Assembly: GCA_005223125.1 (NCBI GenBank)
Contig: NJBH01000007.1
Span: forward strand, 1-64,000
From: Promethearchaeota archaeon Loki_b32
Lineage (GTDB): Archaea > Asgardarchaeota > Lokiarchaeia > Sigyniarchaeales > SOKP01
Direction: 5' to 3'
Length of the DNA: 64,000 nt
Under the pieces are notes generated by a model that searched no databases, was not told the DNA's origin, and worked only from the letters and a program-made list of their open reading frames with translations. The position numbers were made by a program, and so were the translations under genes. The stretch's first letter is position 1, and each line of letters starts with the position of its first letter. Shown one piece after another: positions 39,720 to 50,176 of the stretch.

Positions 39720-40490
39720 TTACCAAGGGACGTCTTTTAAACCGATTAAATAAGCAATATTATTCGCGATAACACTAACAGCAGGAGTTAAAATTATCAG
39801 GAATATTATGATATAAAAATCAGGAAGCATGAAGAGATTTGGAAGAATAAATCCCGGGATCGAAACAAATAACAATGCTATTAAGGCGAAATCTAGCTGA
39901 TCCACAATCCAAAAAGGCGCTCCGCTTTTGATATCAAATCTCCTCTTAAGAAAAGAACCAATTAAGTCTCCTACTACTGCCCCATACGACGCTAATACAA
40001 TTCGTATAATTAAAACAAGAAAATTAATTGGAAATTCGCCACCTATGAAATAAAACTCAAAAATTTTGATATCATTATAAAGGATATATTGTCCTTGAGC
40101 AGCGGCATCAATAATAAGGTCTTTTATTGGTACCCATAGAATGTTAAAAAGGAGAAAAATGAAAAAAGAGATTGGAATTCCAATGTAAAGTGGTCCTTTT
40201 AATCCATTCCAAGTCTTATGATCCCCTAAAATTCTCCTACCATCTCGAAAATTTCTCCCTCCATCAATAGGTTTACCTCCACCAGTTATAACCATTGAAG
40301 CATTCGATATGTATGCTGGAACAATAAACAAGAGACTAAATATTAAGAGAGCTACCCAATCTGCCCAATTAAATACAATCGCTATAATAAGAAAGTTAAG
40401 TAAAATTAGACAAGCGAAAGTTATAGCTAAGATAACAGCAATCTTTTTCTGGGTTTTTTCTACATCAGTTAGGTTATTTTCGGACGACAA
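39720..40490 (-). CDS. carS: CDP-archaeol synthase
   Basis: PAYISNA...GGKPIDGGR.F.DGRRILGDHKTW.G; GDLIGSFLKRR; DQLDF; IGLKDVPW. Confidence 0.93.
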   Translation of the reverse strand: MSSENNLTDVEKTQKKIAVILAITFACLILLNFLIIAIVFNWADWVALLIFSLLFIVPAYISNASMVITGGGKPIDGGRNFRDGRRILGDHKTWNGLKGPLYIGIPISFFIFLLFNILWVPIKDLIIDAAAQGQYILYNDIKIFEFYFIGGEFPINFLVLIIRIVLASYGAVVGDLIGSFLKRRFDIKSGAPFWIVDQLDFALIALLFVSIPGFILPNLFMLPDFYIIIFLIILTPAVSVIANNIAYLIGLKDVPW

Positions 40491-40731
40491 TGTTTTATAA
40501 TTCCTTATATTAAGAAAAAAGAATAATTAAACAAATATTGAATTAAATTAAACTTTTTTTAATTAAAATCTCCATTTATTAATAAGAACTTAATAAATAT
40601 TGCTTCATAAATAATATTCTTTTAAAACCCCGACAATAATAATACATATTATTGAAAAGATTCATCAAAATTAGCTATTAAGGGTTTAACATTTTTCTAC
40701 TAAATTAAAGATTAATAATTAATTTTAAATA

Positions 40732-40775
40732 TGCAATTGAAATACAGTATATAGTTTATAATTTCGAGTGCAAAC
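40732..40775 (+). promoter_or_regulatory. Two ORB/mini-ORB-like motifs around a TATA-like box upstream of cdc6
   Basis: TTCGAGTGCAAAC (40763-40775; 2 mismatches to TTCCAGTGGAAAC), TGCAATTGAAA (40732-40742), TTTATA at 40755. Confidence 0.4.
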
Positions 40776-40810
40776 AATTCTGTTAAAAAAATGAAGCACT
40801 GGTGTCATAA

Positions 40811-42115
40811 TTGTTGAAGAATAATAATAGTTATCAATTTAATATTGATAAATTTTACAAAAACTATCTTAAAGGACCAAGAATTTTTAATAATCGAGAT
40901 GCTTTAGAGTCGTCATATATTCCTGATGATCTTCCTCATCGTGATTCTCAGATAAAAAGTATTGCCGAGAAAACAGCATGTGCATTACTAGGTGATACAC
41001 CTCCAAGTTTTCTATGTTATGGAATGACAGGTACAGGTAAAACGGCAACTATAAGATATGTGAGTCAAAAATTAGCTCAACAAAACTCAGAAATTAAACC
41101 ATGGTGGATCTATATTAACTGTAATATTGTATCAACTCCTTATCGTATTTTAGCTCACATATATAATACAATATCGAGAAAGGAGAAGATTCCGCCCACA
41201 GGTCTTCCAAAAGATATAATTTTTAAAAGATTGCTTGGATTATTAGATTCAAAAATCGGGAATTCAATTTGTTTTTTGGTATTAGATGAAATAGATATAT
41301 TAGTTGGGAAGAAAGGTGGTAATGAAATCTTATATGATTTAACTAGGTTGAATGAGAATTTGGACAATTGTAAATCGAGTATAATAGGTATTTCAAATAA
41401 ATTAAAATTTAGAGAGAATTTAGACCCGAGAATATTATCGAGTTTAGGGGAAGAACATATTGTTTTTCCTTCTTATGATGCTAGTGAGCTTAGAGATATT
41501 TTAATTAAAAGAGCGAAAATTGCTTATCAAGAAAATATTTTAAAGGAGGAAGTTATTCCATTATGTGCTGCTCTTGCAGCAAAAAACCATGGTGATGCAA
41601 GAAAAGCCCTACAATTATTAAGGAAAGCTGGTGAATTAGCTGAGAGAGGTCAAAATATAATAGTCACAGCTAAGCATGTAGAAAAAGCCCAAGAAGAATT
41701 AGAAAATGATCACATTAAAGAATATATAAAAGGTATGCCGCTCCAAGCACAATTAATTTTAGCATCGATATATTTAATTTCAAGATTTAGTCCCGAACAT
41801 ATTATAATATCCGGGGACATCTATGATGTTCATTCAGAAATTAGAGGATTGATACCAGGGATTAGAGAACTGACCAAAAGAAGAATAAGTGATTATATCA
41901 ATGAATTATCATTAGCAGGAATAATTTCTGCTGAAGTTAAATCTATGGGACATTATGGAAGAACCAAAATAATAAAATTAGACGTTGCAATGGAGCTAAT
42001 TGGGAATGTAATATTAGAGATTAATAAATTTCAAGGTATTATGAATTATAAACCCGCTTTTTTACAAGCAGACAAGGTGAAACTAAAAAATAATATTTTT
42101 AAAAAGTTAATCTAG
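40811..42115 (+). CDS. cdc6: Orc1/Cdc6 replication initiator
   Basis: YIPDDLPHRD, GMTGTGKT, YINC, VLDEID, LDPRILSSL, HGDARKAL, C-terminal WH with GRT. Confidence 0.95.
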   Translation: MLKNNNSYQFNIDKFYKNYLKGPRIFNNRDALESSYIPDDLPHRDSQIKSIAEKTACALLGDTPPSFLCYGMTGTGKTATIRYVSQKLAQQNSEIKPWWIYINCNIVSTPYRILAHIYNTISRKEKIPPTGLPKDIIFKRLLGLLDSKIGNSICFLVLDEIDILVGKKGGNEILYDLTRLNENLDNCKSSIIGISNKLKFRENLDPRILSSLGEEHIVFPSYDASELRDILIKRAKIAYQENILKEEVIPLCAALAAKNHGDARKALQLLRKAGELAERGQNIIVTAKHVEKAQEELENDHIKEYIKGMPLQAQLILASIYLISRFSPEHIIISGDIYDVHSEIRGLIPGIRELTKRRISDYINELSLAGIISAEVKSMGHYGRTKIIKLDVAMELIGNVILEINKFQGIMNYKPAFLQADKVKLKNNIFKKLI

Positions 42116-42795
42116 GATGTAAAATCCCAAGTATTAATGTTTTCCGCTAATTTGCTTAGAAAGAATTCAGCAATCGTTTCATCTTTATCTTTTAATAATA
42201 AAAATAACTTTGTTAGATGTTTGCAAAATTTTTTGTTATCAGCTCTTCTTGTTACGAAATCATGGCAATTGTGACATACTAGTTTTTTTTTAGTATTTAT
42301 TTCTATTATATAAGATTCTTCTTTAGACCCTTTTACTCTTGATTTTAGAATTCCTTTAGCGCTATCACATTCTAATATTTCAAATGCAGTGTCAGATATG
42401 GACACAGATCTATTTAAAGTTCCTTTATCAGTGAAACTATTAATTAAGACATTAAAATTAGTAGATTTTTCTTTTCCAGTATCACTTTGTATTTGGGTAA
42501 TTTGTTTAGAGGATATGATTTTTTTTAAGACTGCTTTTTTTCTTTTCTTTTGCCAATTTTTTAATTGTTGATTTAGATTTTTTGATAATGTGAAATTTAG
42601 ATTATTATCTTTAACAAGCAATTGATTATCAAGGCAGTTATTAATAAAGCTTATTGCTTCATTGGGTGGAAAAAGAAATAACTCAAATGAAATTTTGTAT
42701 AACAAATCATTTTGTGATATTGTAGGGATATCAATTATTTTCCAGATATATAATAACATTTCTGAATTATTATTACGAGGAATTGAGAAATTCAT
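42112..42795 (-). CDS. SWIM zinc-finger protein
   Basis: V.GS...Y.I......HNCHDF...FCKHL. Confidence 0.75.
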   Translation of the reverse strand: MNFSIPRNNNSEMLLYIWKIIDIPTISQNDLLYKISFELFLFPPNEAISFINNCLDNQLLVKDNNLNFTLSKNLNQQLKNWQKKRKKAVLKKIISSKQITQIQSDTGKEKSTNFNVLINSFTDKGTLNRSVSISDTAFEILECDSAKGILKSRVKGSKEESYIIEINTKKKLVCHNCHDFVTRRADNKKFCKHLTKLFLLLKDKDETIAEFFLSKLAENINTWDFTS

Positions 42796-42834
42796 GATAT
42801 TTAATTAGTTGTATTTAATATTAAAGAAGAATAA

Positions 42835-44628
42835 TTAAACATTGCTTTTTAAGTCTAATTGTGTTCCTCTTAAATTATCCAAATCAACAATGGATAAGAT
42901 GCCTGGAGTAGGTTTAATACCCAAGGATTTCATAAATTCTGTTTGGCTTTGGAAACATCCTGAATTGGCTAATAAAATATTGTAATATGACCCCATATCA
43001 TTAATGTGAATATGTCCTGTGTGAAAAATATCGGGGATTTTATCTATCACAAGCCAATCTTTATTAGTAGGAGCTATTTGTGTCTTCTTTCCATAAATTG
43101 GAGCTAAGTGTCGGCATAATAACAATTCTTTCATCGTTTCTACTGGTTTATTGTTTTCTAAACCGGGTATCAACATATTTAGATCAAGAAGACTATCACC
43201 ATGAAAAACCAATGTGTTTACACTGTGTGTTTGAATAAGTGAGGGATTTCCTATACATGTAATACCATTATTTATAAGATCTGAGGAATATTTCTTTGGT
43301 ACAGCCGGTCTTGGAATTGCATTTCTCACAGGTTCATGATTCCCTGAACTATAAAAAATTTTAATGTATTCTGGGATATTCGAAAGAACTTTTGTTGCTT
43401 CTTCAAATTGTTTATATATATCAGATATGATTAAATCACTTTTTTGTTTAGGATAAACTCCAATCCCATCAACTAAATCGCCATTAATCACGATATACTT
43501 AATTCTACCAGCTCGCTCTCTTTGGTTCTTATTTCCTATTTTTCCATTTAGAAACTTTATAAATCTATTCCATAATTTTTCTTCAAATTCTTTGCTACCA
43601 ATGTGAGTATCTGATATTAAAGCAATAGATAAAGGATCAGATGACTTATTTGGTTCATAATCTTTCGGAATATCAATTTTAGAAATATAATTACAGTATA
43701 TAACCCCCCTTTTACTCCTTTCACCAGGATTATAAGTTCCTTCAATGTAAATCATTTGATCATTGAGAGTTCTATTAGTTAATTTTACATTTTCCTGATT
43801 TTCTGAATCTTTACGGACAATAACATTAATAACACCAGTAAGATCCTCTATTGTTAAAAAGAAATTTTTATTCTTAGTTTTGCGAATTTGATTAACCATT
43901 CCGATTACAGAAACTTCTACTTTATTATTTAATCTTAAAATATTATTAATATTATTAGCAGAAAGAACTTCTGGTCTTTTTCTCATTAAGTTTCGGAGTT
44001 TATTGAATTTATCGATTGTAAGATTGTAAAAATCTTCAAAATCTCCATTTGTATATAGTTTACCTGTAGGATCTTTTAAAATTTTAAAATTGGACTCAAT
44101 ATCCTTAGCTATTGGTTTAAACCTTATTGTTGATTTTGACCCTTCAGCAAGATTTATTTTAAATTTGCTCTTCGTTGCCGCTTTAGGCAGTTCTTCGTTA
44201 CTTTTATTTAATATTAAAGGATCTTCTTGAAAGTCTAATTGTTGCTTAAGTTGAACTTCTTTTGCAGAAATTTTAAGACCTTGTGGTTTTAATGTTTCAT
44301 CTCCTTTTAAATTCAATGAATTTGTTAACCGTGCACTGCTTTCTCCTTGAACTTTTTTCTCTTTTATGGGTTGTGAAATAACCTCTTTTAATAGCACTTT
44401 TTTCAATGCATCATGTAATTCCTTATTTGATATTTGTTGTAAAACTTCCACTGTAAGATGACTGTTAAAGCTAGGAAGAAAACTTACATTCTTAATAATT
44501 AATTTAAGTATCTTTAAGGGATCATCTAAACTCGTAAGAAAATCTAATAGTGATGGAGTTACATTAATCCCAGAATTAAGCAATTCTTTGATAAGAATTG
44601 TTTTTTCATTTAAATTATCGGCTTTCAA
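42835..44628 (-). CDS. polD1: DNA polymerase D small subunit DP1
   Basis: OB fold EDLTG; ISDTHIGS, GDLVDGIGVYP, GNHE, HLAP, HTGHIH. Confidence 0.95.
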   Translation of the reverse strand: MKADNLNEKTILIKELLNSGINVTPSLLDFLTSLDDPLKILKLIIKNVSFLPSFNSHLTVEVLQQISNKELHDALKKVLLKEVISQPIKEKKVQGESSARLTNSLNLKGDETLKPQGLKISAKEVQLKQQLDFQEDPLILNKSNEELPKAATKSKFKINLAEGSKSTIRFKPIAKDIESNFKILKDPTGKLYTNGDFEDFYNLTIDKFNKLRNLMRKRPEVLSANNINNILRLNNKVEVSVIGMVNQIRKTKNKNFFLTIEDLTGVINVIVRKDSENQENVKLTNRTLNDQMIYIEGTYNPGERSKRGVIYCNYISKIDIPKDYEPNKSSDPLSIALISDTHIGSKEFEEKLWNRFIKFLNGKIGNKNQRERAGRIKYIVINGDLVDGIGVYPKQKSDLIISDIYKQFEEATKVLSNIPEYIKIFYSSGNHEPVRNAIPRPAVPKKYSSDLINNGITCIGNPSLIQTHSVNTLVFHGDSLLDLNMLIPGLENNKPVETMKELLLCRHLAPIYGKKTQIAPTNKDWLVIDKIPDIFHTGHIHINDMGSYYNILLANSGCFQSQTEFMKSLGIKPTPGILSIVDLDNLRGTQLDLKSNV

Positions 44629-44862
44629 TATTCTACTATCTGAAATGGAATTATAACAATTATTGAAAGATTAAATTAAATCATTTATTATTAAAGAAAA
44701 AACATTTTTCTTTTTATAAGAAGAGACTGTAGAAATTTTGCATTCCCTCTAAATTTATTAATGAAATAGCTGATTAATAATTGATTTTAATTTATCTCGG
44801 AAAATAAGTATATTAATTCAAAATTTCTATAAATAATCTCAATTTTAAAAGTAGGATATTCT

Positions 44863-47800
44863 ATGTCAAACATGAGCAGAACGATGGAACTATATTTTAA
44901 TCAAATTCAAGAACAAGTTGATAGATGTTATTCAATTGCTGAACACGCACGTCAAAAAGGGCTTGATCCTGAATTAGAAGTAGAATCCCCTCAAGCAAAA
45001 GATTTGGCTGGAAGGGTTGAAAAGTTAATAGGCCCTAAAGGTGTAGCTGAGGTAATAAGAGAATTAAAAATGAAAGGATTATCTGAGGATGAGCTTGTTT
45101 TTAAAGTTGTTACTGATATATTAGATAAAAAAATTGGGAATATTGAAACTTTGGAGGCTCGAGTGGACAGAGCTATTAGAGTAGGATTAGCAATAAAGAC
45201 CATGGGTGTTGTAAGTGCTCCGCTTGAAGGCATTTCTAAGATTTTAATCCGAAAGGACAATTTAGGGAGGAAATATCTATCCTTATATTTTGCTGGACCC
45301 ATTAGAGCTGCAGGTGGAACAACTGCCGCCTTATGTGTATTAATTGCAGATTATGTTAGAAAGAAATCAAATATTCCGAAATATGAAGCATCTGAAGCGG
45401 AAATTGGAAGATTTGTTGAAGAGGTTAAATTATACGATAGAAGAGTACATTTACAATATCCATCATCTAATAAAGAAATTCGCTATGCTGTAAGTCGATT
45501 ACCAGTAGAAATAAATGGAGATTCAACAGAAGATGAAGAAGTTTCAGCATTTAGAGATTTACCTAGGATTGAAACCAACAATATACGAGGTGGTGCTTGT
45601 TTAGTTTTAAATGATGGTATTCTTCTTAAAGCACCAAAATTACTTAAGATTGCAACCGCTATGAATTTAAAGGGTTGGGATTGGTTAGCAGAACTAAAGA
45701 ATATTGCCCAAAAGAAAGAAAAAAATGAGAAAAAAGATAATAAAAAAAAATCAAATGAAGAGAGAATCTCTCCAAATTCTAAATATGTTGCTGATATCAT
45801 TGCTGGGAGACCTGTATTCAGCCATCCTTCAAAAGTAGGAGGTCATAGAATAAGATATGGCCGATCTAGAAATACAGGATTAGCTGCCGCAGGAATTCAT
45901 CCAGTTACAATGGTTGTTTTAGATGAATTTATAGCAATCGGAACACAATTAAGAATTGAACGTCCAGGAAAAAGTACAAGTGTATGTCCGGTGAATAGTA
46001 TTGCGCTTCCAATTGTAAAACTGAAAAATGGCAATGTAATAAGAATTTCAAGTATTAAGAAGGCTAAAAAACTTTTTCCTGAAATTGAAGAAGTGTTATT
46101 CTTAGGGGATATATTATTTGGTTTTGGTGAATTTACTGAAAACAATCACATATTATTACCATCTGGATATGTAGAAGAATGGTGGGCATTAGAGTTAGAG
46201 AAATCTATAAAGAGTTTTGATAAAATTGATGAGAAAGTAGAAGATTTTATTAAAAATCCTTTTGAAAATGTTCCCATTGCTGAAGAAGCTGTTCATCTTT
46301 CCAGAAAATTCGATATTCCTTTACATCCTTCATATTTAGATTTCTGGGGGAATTTAACAGTAGAAGAGTTGGATTTATTACGAAATGTATTTGCAAAGAA
46401 TTTTTCTGTTACTGAACAAGAAATTGTTTTAGATTACGAGGAACCAATTAAGAAAATTCTTGAAAAAGCATTTATCTTACATAAAACAAAAGATAATAAG
46501 ATCTTTTTTAGTAGAAAAATGAATTTTATATATAGGACGATTTTTAATCTAGAAGATAAAAATCCTATAAAAATCGAGAAAGGAGATAATGTTTTTACTT
46601 ATTTACATAAGACTTCTTTACTCAAGATTAAAAATAAAGCACCCTATTTCATGGGGTCTAGAATGGGACGTCCCGAAAAATCGCAGAGAAAAAGTATGAA
46701 GGGAGTTCATGGATTATTTCCTTTAAGTGATGTTGTCGGTAGTTCAAGATTATTTGAGAAAGCTATGGGATATAGTGCAAGGAAGAAAAACGAAAATGAA
46801 ACTATACCTAAAAAGAGCAATTCTTTCGAAATGGAAAGCAAAAGAAATATTGTAGAGACAGGAAAGATCAAAATTGACATATGCAGAAAGAAATGTTCGA
46901 AATGTGGGAAATCTAGTATTTTTAACATTTGTCAAAATTGTGGTGCTCATACAGAAATACAAAAAATATGTTCACGATGCAAGATACTTTACCCTACATT
47001 TGAAAATATCTGTTCAAAATGTAATGAACCTCTGAAAACCGCGTACGAAGCAAAATTTAATATTAAACAGTATGTCAATCAAGTTTTGGAATCACTTAAT
47101 ATGCAGTTACCTAGGAAATTAAAAGGGATTATAGGTCTTACTAATGAATATAAAGTACCAGAACCTATCGAAAAAGGTATCTTAAGAGCAAAAAATGATG
47201 TATTAGTTTATAAAACTGCAGAGATACGATATGACGCTACTGATATACCCTTAACTCATTTTAAACCCAATGAAATTGGTACATCTATAGAAGTATTAAA
47301 AAATCTAGGATATAAGGAGGATATTAATGGAAACACTCTCAATAATGGTAATCAGATTTTAGAATTGAAAGTGCAAGATATCATTCTTTCTGATGATTGT
47401 GCTGAATATTTTATTAAAGTCGCTAATTTCCTAGACGATGAATTAGAGTTATTTTATAAAATGGAGCGTTTTTATAAGGTTTCAGTTAGAGAAAATTTAA
47501 TAGGGCATTTAGTGGTAGGTTTAGCTCCTCATACTAGTGCCGGAATAATAGGTAGAATAATAGGTTTTACCCCTGCGAGATCTATCTATGCCCATCCTTA
47601 TTGGCATGCTGCAAAGAGAAGAAATTGTGATGGAGATGAAGATGGGGTTATGTTACTCTTAGATCCTTTATTAAATTTTTCAAGACATTATCTTCCAAGC
47701 AAAATAGGTGGTAGAATGGATGCAACTCTCGTAATAGGCACAAAACTAGATCCGAATGAGATTGATGTAGAAGCTCATAATATAGATACATTGTATAAAT

Positions 47801-48384
47801 ATCCATTAGAGTTTTACGAGGCAACTGAACGATACTCTACTCCTTCTGAAATAGAACCTATAATGAACTTGGTTAAAAGTCAATTAGGTACATTTGATCA
47901 ATATGAACATATAGGTTATAATATTCCTACTGATGATATTAATGAAGGACCAACTACTTCAGCTTACAAATTATATGAAACCATGGATGACAAAGTAACT
48001 GCTCAATTACACCTTGCTAAAATCATAAAGGCTGTAAAGGCAAAGAAAGTAGCTGAAAAAATTTTGACTACTCATTTTAATCCAGATATATTAGGTAATT
48101 TACGCAAGTTTTCGGTTCAAGGTTTTCGATGTGTTAAATGTAATGAAAAATTCAGACGAGTTCCGATATCGAACAGTGGTAAATGTCCAAAGTGTGGAAA
48201 TAGAGTTATCTTAACAGTTAATCGTGGAGGAATTGAAAAATATATACCTCGTGCTTTAGATTTATGTAATGATTTTAATTTAGATGATTATACAAAACAG
48301 AGAATGGAATTAATAGAGGAATATGTAGAGAGTTTGACAAATAATCCAAAGATTAAACAACATAAGTTATCAGACTTTTTTTAA
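44863..48384 (+). CDS. polD2: DNA polymerase D large subunit DP2 (no intein)
   Basis: FAGPIRAAGGT, RYGRSRNTG, RMGRPEK, HAAKRRNCDGDED, C-terminal zinc finger, PIP-like QHKLSDFF. Confidence 0.97.
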   Translation: MSNMSRTMELYFNQIQEQVDRCYSIAEHARQKGLDPELEVESPQAKDLAGRVEKLIGPKGVAEVIRELKMKGLSEDELVFKVVTDILDKKIGNIETLEARVDRAIRVGLAIKTMGVVSAPLEGISKILIRKDNLGRKYLSLYFAGPIRAAGGTTAALCVLIADYVRKKSNIPKYEASEAEIGRFVEEVKLYDRRVHLQYPSSNKEIRYAVSRLPVEINGDSTEDEEVSAFRDLPRIETNNIRGGACLVLNDGILLKAPKLLKIATAMNLKGWDWLAELKNIAQKKEKNEKKDNKKKSNEERISPNSKYVADIIAGRPVFSHPSKVGGHRIRYGRSRNTGLAAAGIHPVTMVVLDEFIAIGTQLRIERPGKSTSVCPVNSIALPIVKLKNGNVIRISSIKKAKKLFPEIEEVLFLGDILFGFGEFTENNHILLPSGYVEEWWALELEKSIKSFDKIDEKVEDFIKNPFENVPIAEEAVHLSRKFDIPLHPSYLDFWGNLTVEELDLLRNVFAKNFSVTEQEIVLDYEEPIKKILEKAFILHKTKDNKIFFSRKMNFIYRTIFNLEDKNPIKIEKGDNVFTYLHKTSLLKIKNKAPYFMGSRMGRPEKSQRKSMKGVHGLFPLSDVVGSSRLFEKAMGYSARKKNENETIPKKSNSFEMESKRNIVETGKIKIDICRKKCSKCGKSSIFNICQNCGAHTEIQKICSRCKILYPTFENICSKCNEPLKTAYEAKFNIKQYVNQVLESLNMQLPRKLKGIIGLTNEYKVPEPIEKGILRAKNDVLVYKTAEIRYDATDIPLTHFKPNEIGTSIEVLKNLGYKEDINGNTLNNGNQILELKVQDIILSDDCAEYFIKVANFLDDELELFYKMERFYKVSVRENLIGHLVVGLAPHTSAGIIGRIIGFTPARSIYAHPYWHAAKRRNCDGDEDGVMLLLDPLLNFSRHYLPSKIGGRMDATLVIGTKLDPNEIDVEAHNIDTLYKYPLEFYEATERYSTPSEIEPIMNLVKSQLGTFDQYEHIGYNIPTDDINEGPTTSAYKLYETMDDKVTAQLHLAKIIKAVKAKKVAEKILTTHFNPDILGNLRKFSVQGFRCVKCNEKFRRVPISNSGKCPKCGNRVILTVNRGGIEKYIPRALDLCNDFNLDDYTKQRMELIEEYVESLTNNPKIKQHKLSDFF

Positions 48385-48392
48385 AAAATATC

Positions 48393-49586
48393 TTAATTAT
48401 TTGAGTCAATACTCTTTAAAGCGTGATAACAAATATTTAAACATCCGTTTAGATTTTCTACAGAGCATTTGTCAGGTGTATCTCTTAATGAATGAATATA
48501 TTTAGAATCCTTACTTGAAAGGAAACAACTCACTTGAAATTTACTTCTGGTTTTTCTAGCAAATTTTCTAAAAGATTTATAATCACTTTTAGGTGAGATA
48601 ATTTTATTGTACTTTCTTATGGAGATTTTTAATTGGTTAGCCGATGCTTCTAGAATATCATTAAAGTTTTTATTTATTTTTCTTCTAAATATACCTGATT
48701 TATTTAAAAGTCCAATATATGTCCCGACCATATCTAAATTGATATTGAGAGATTTATCAAGATCATAATTTTGTTTTAGAATTTTATAATATTGATCACA
48801 GAAACTCTTAGAACCTTTTAAACCCCATTCTTCGGCTCCAAACCATAAAAACAGAACATCTATGTTTTCAAATGGGTTTCTTTTAATAAATTTTACCATT
48901 TCAATCAAAATAGCAACACCACTTGCATTATCAATCGAACCTGATGATGGTCGTTCAACAAAAACTAAATATATTATAGGAATTGAAACAAATATTCCAC
49001 TAACTGAAGTAAAAGTTATTAAAAGTACAGTAAAATAGGTGAGAGGAACAATATCTAAGTAATCAAGAATAAAAATAAGGAAAAATAGTATGATAATTAA
49101 GGCATAAAAGTAAACTATAAGTCTATAAATAAAAAATATAACAACCTGTAATTTGTATGGTAAATTTGTTGAAATAGAGTCATAGTGAGCAGAAAATATA
49201 ACTAAGGGGCGGTTTGGCTTTCTTTCTTTAGCAGAGATTTGAGCAAATATATTTTTCGATTCTTCCTTTTTTACAAATGAAACTTCACGAGTTTTTTCAA
49301 ACATAAATTTTATTATGAAATAAACAATAACAACCAAAAATAAGCGAAATAAAAGGAATAAAATAAGAATAAGAACATAACTTGTTCTCATTAATATCCT
49401 CATAGGTCCCGTCCAATTAAAGTATTCAATTTCAGATTTAATATTAGAGTCTTTTAACTCTTTTTCTATATATTGTAATGCTTCTGTTTCTCCGGTAGAA
49501 GAAGCTGTACGGTTAAAAGCTAATGCTTTAACATGTTCAATAGTTCCATCTTCACGATATATTTGTAAATTAGAAATTAGAATCAC
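48393..49586 (-). CDS. Membrane M28-family peptidase-like protein
   Basis: SAHYDS, GSIDNASG, AEEWGL.GS, NLDMVG, IHS..DT; TM segments. Confidence 0.8.
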   Translation of the reverse strand: MILISNLQIYREDGTIEHVKALAFNRTASSTGETEALQYIEKELKDSNIKSEIEYFNWTGPMRILMRTSYVLILILFLLFRLFLVVIVYFIIKFMFEKTREVSFVKKEESKNIFAQISAKERKPNRPLVIFSAHYDSISTNLPYKLQVVIFFIYRLIVYFYALIIILFFLIFILDYLDIVPLTYFTVLLITFTSVSGIFVSIPIIYLVFVERPSSGSIDNASGVAILIEMVKFIKRNPFENIDVLFLWFGAEEWGLKGSKSFCDQYYKILKQNYDLDKSLNINLDMVGTYIGLLNKSGIFRRKINKNFNDILEASANQLKISIRKYNKIISPKSDYKSFRKFARKTRSKFQVSCFLSSKDSKYIHSLRDTPDKCSVENLNGCLNICYHALKSIDSNN

Positions 49587-49708
49587 ATATAAACTGTAAT
49601 TTAAGAATTATTTATGCTAAATATTAAAATCGTTTTTTACTAATTTAAATTGCCTTTTTACTAATATCTGTCAGAATATTTTGAATATTTAGTTAATTTT
49701 TAAAAATA

Positions 49709-49857
49709 TGCAGGAGGTGGGATTTTCCATCGAAAAGCGTATAATTTACGTCGATTTTTGAACCCACGAAGACCTATGTCACTAGAGCCTCAGTCATGCC
49801 ATAAACGTATAATAACGTTATATTCTAGCACCGTAGACCCGGCTTGGCTACTCCTGC
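49709..49857 (-). tRNA. tRNA-Leu(GAG) with two non-canonical introns (about 49794-49823 and about 49724-49757)
   Basis: Acceptor GCAGGAG/CTCCTGC; anticodon stem CTAGA/TCTAG with loop CTGAGGC after removing 30 nt; long variable arm; T-loop TTCAAAT after removing 34 nt; spliced length 85 nt. Confidence 0.85.
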
Positions 49858-50176
49858 GATTAAAATTTGCTTTTTTAAGTATTGAATATAGATAATGTAT
49901 TTAGTTTTTAAAATTTTTTTACCTTAATGATTAAATTTAAATGAACAGTCATTAGAAAAATGAAACAAAATCCAAAAGGAAATTAATATAAAAATTTTTC
50001 CTTTAAGTCAATTCAAGATTAGAAAAAGTATTTCTTTTTAATTCTAAACTTTTAATTCCCATTTCTTTGAGGATTATCTTTTTCTATAAATTTTTATAAC
50101 AAACCAATTATATAAAAAATATATTTAGATTATTTTATATTACACTTGAAAACAAACTTTAAAGGTTATCGAGTCC

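Noticed and set aside
44863-48384. Inteins in DP2 (also RtcB and Cdc6)
   Set aside because: The usual insertion motifs are contiguous and protein lengths are normal
50140-50152. TTACACTTGAAA mini-ORB-like motif
   Set aside because: Single copy in an AT-rich promoter far from cdc6; could be chance
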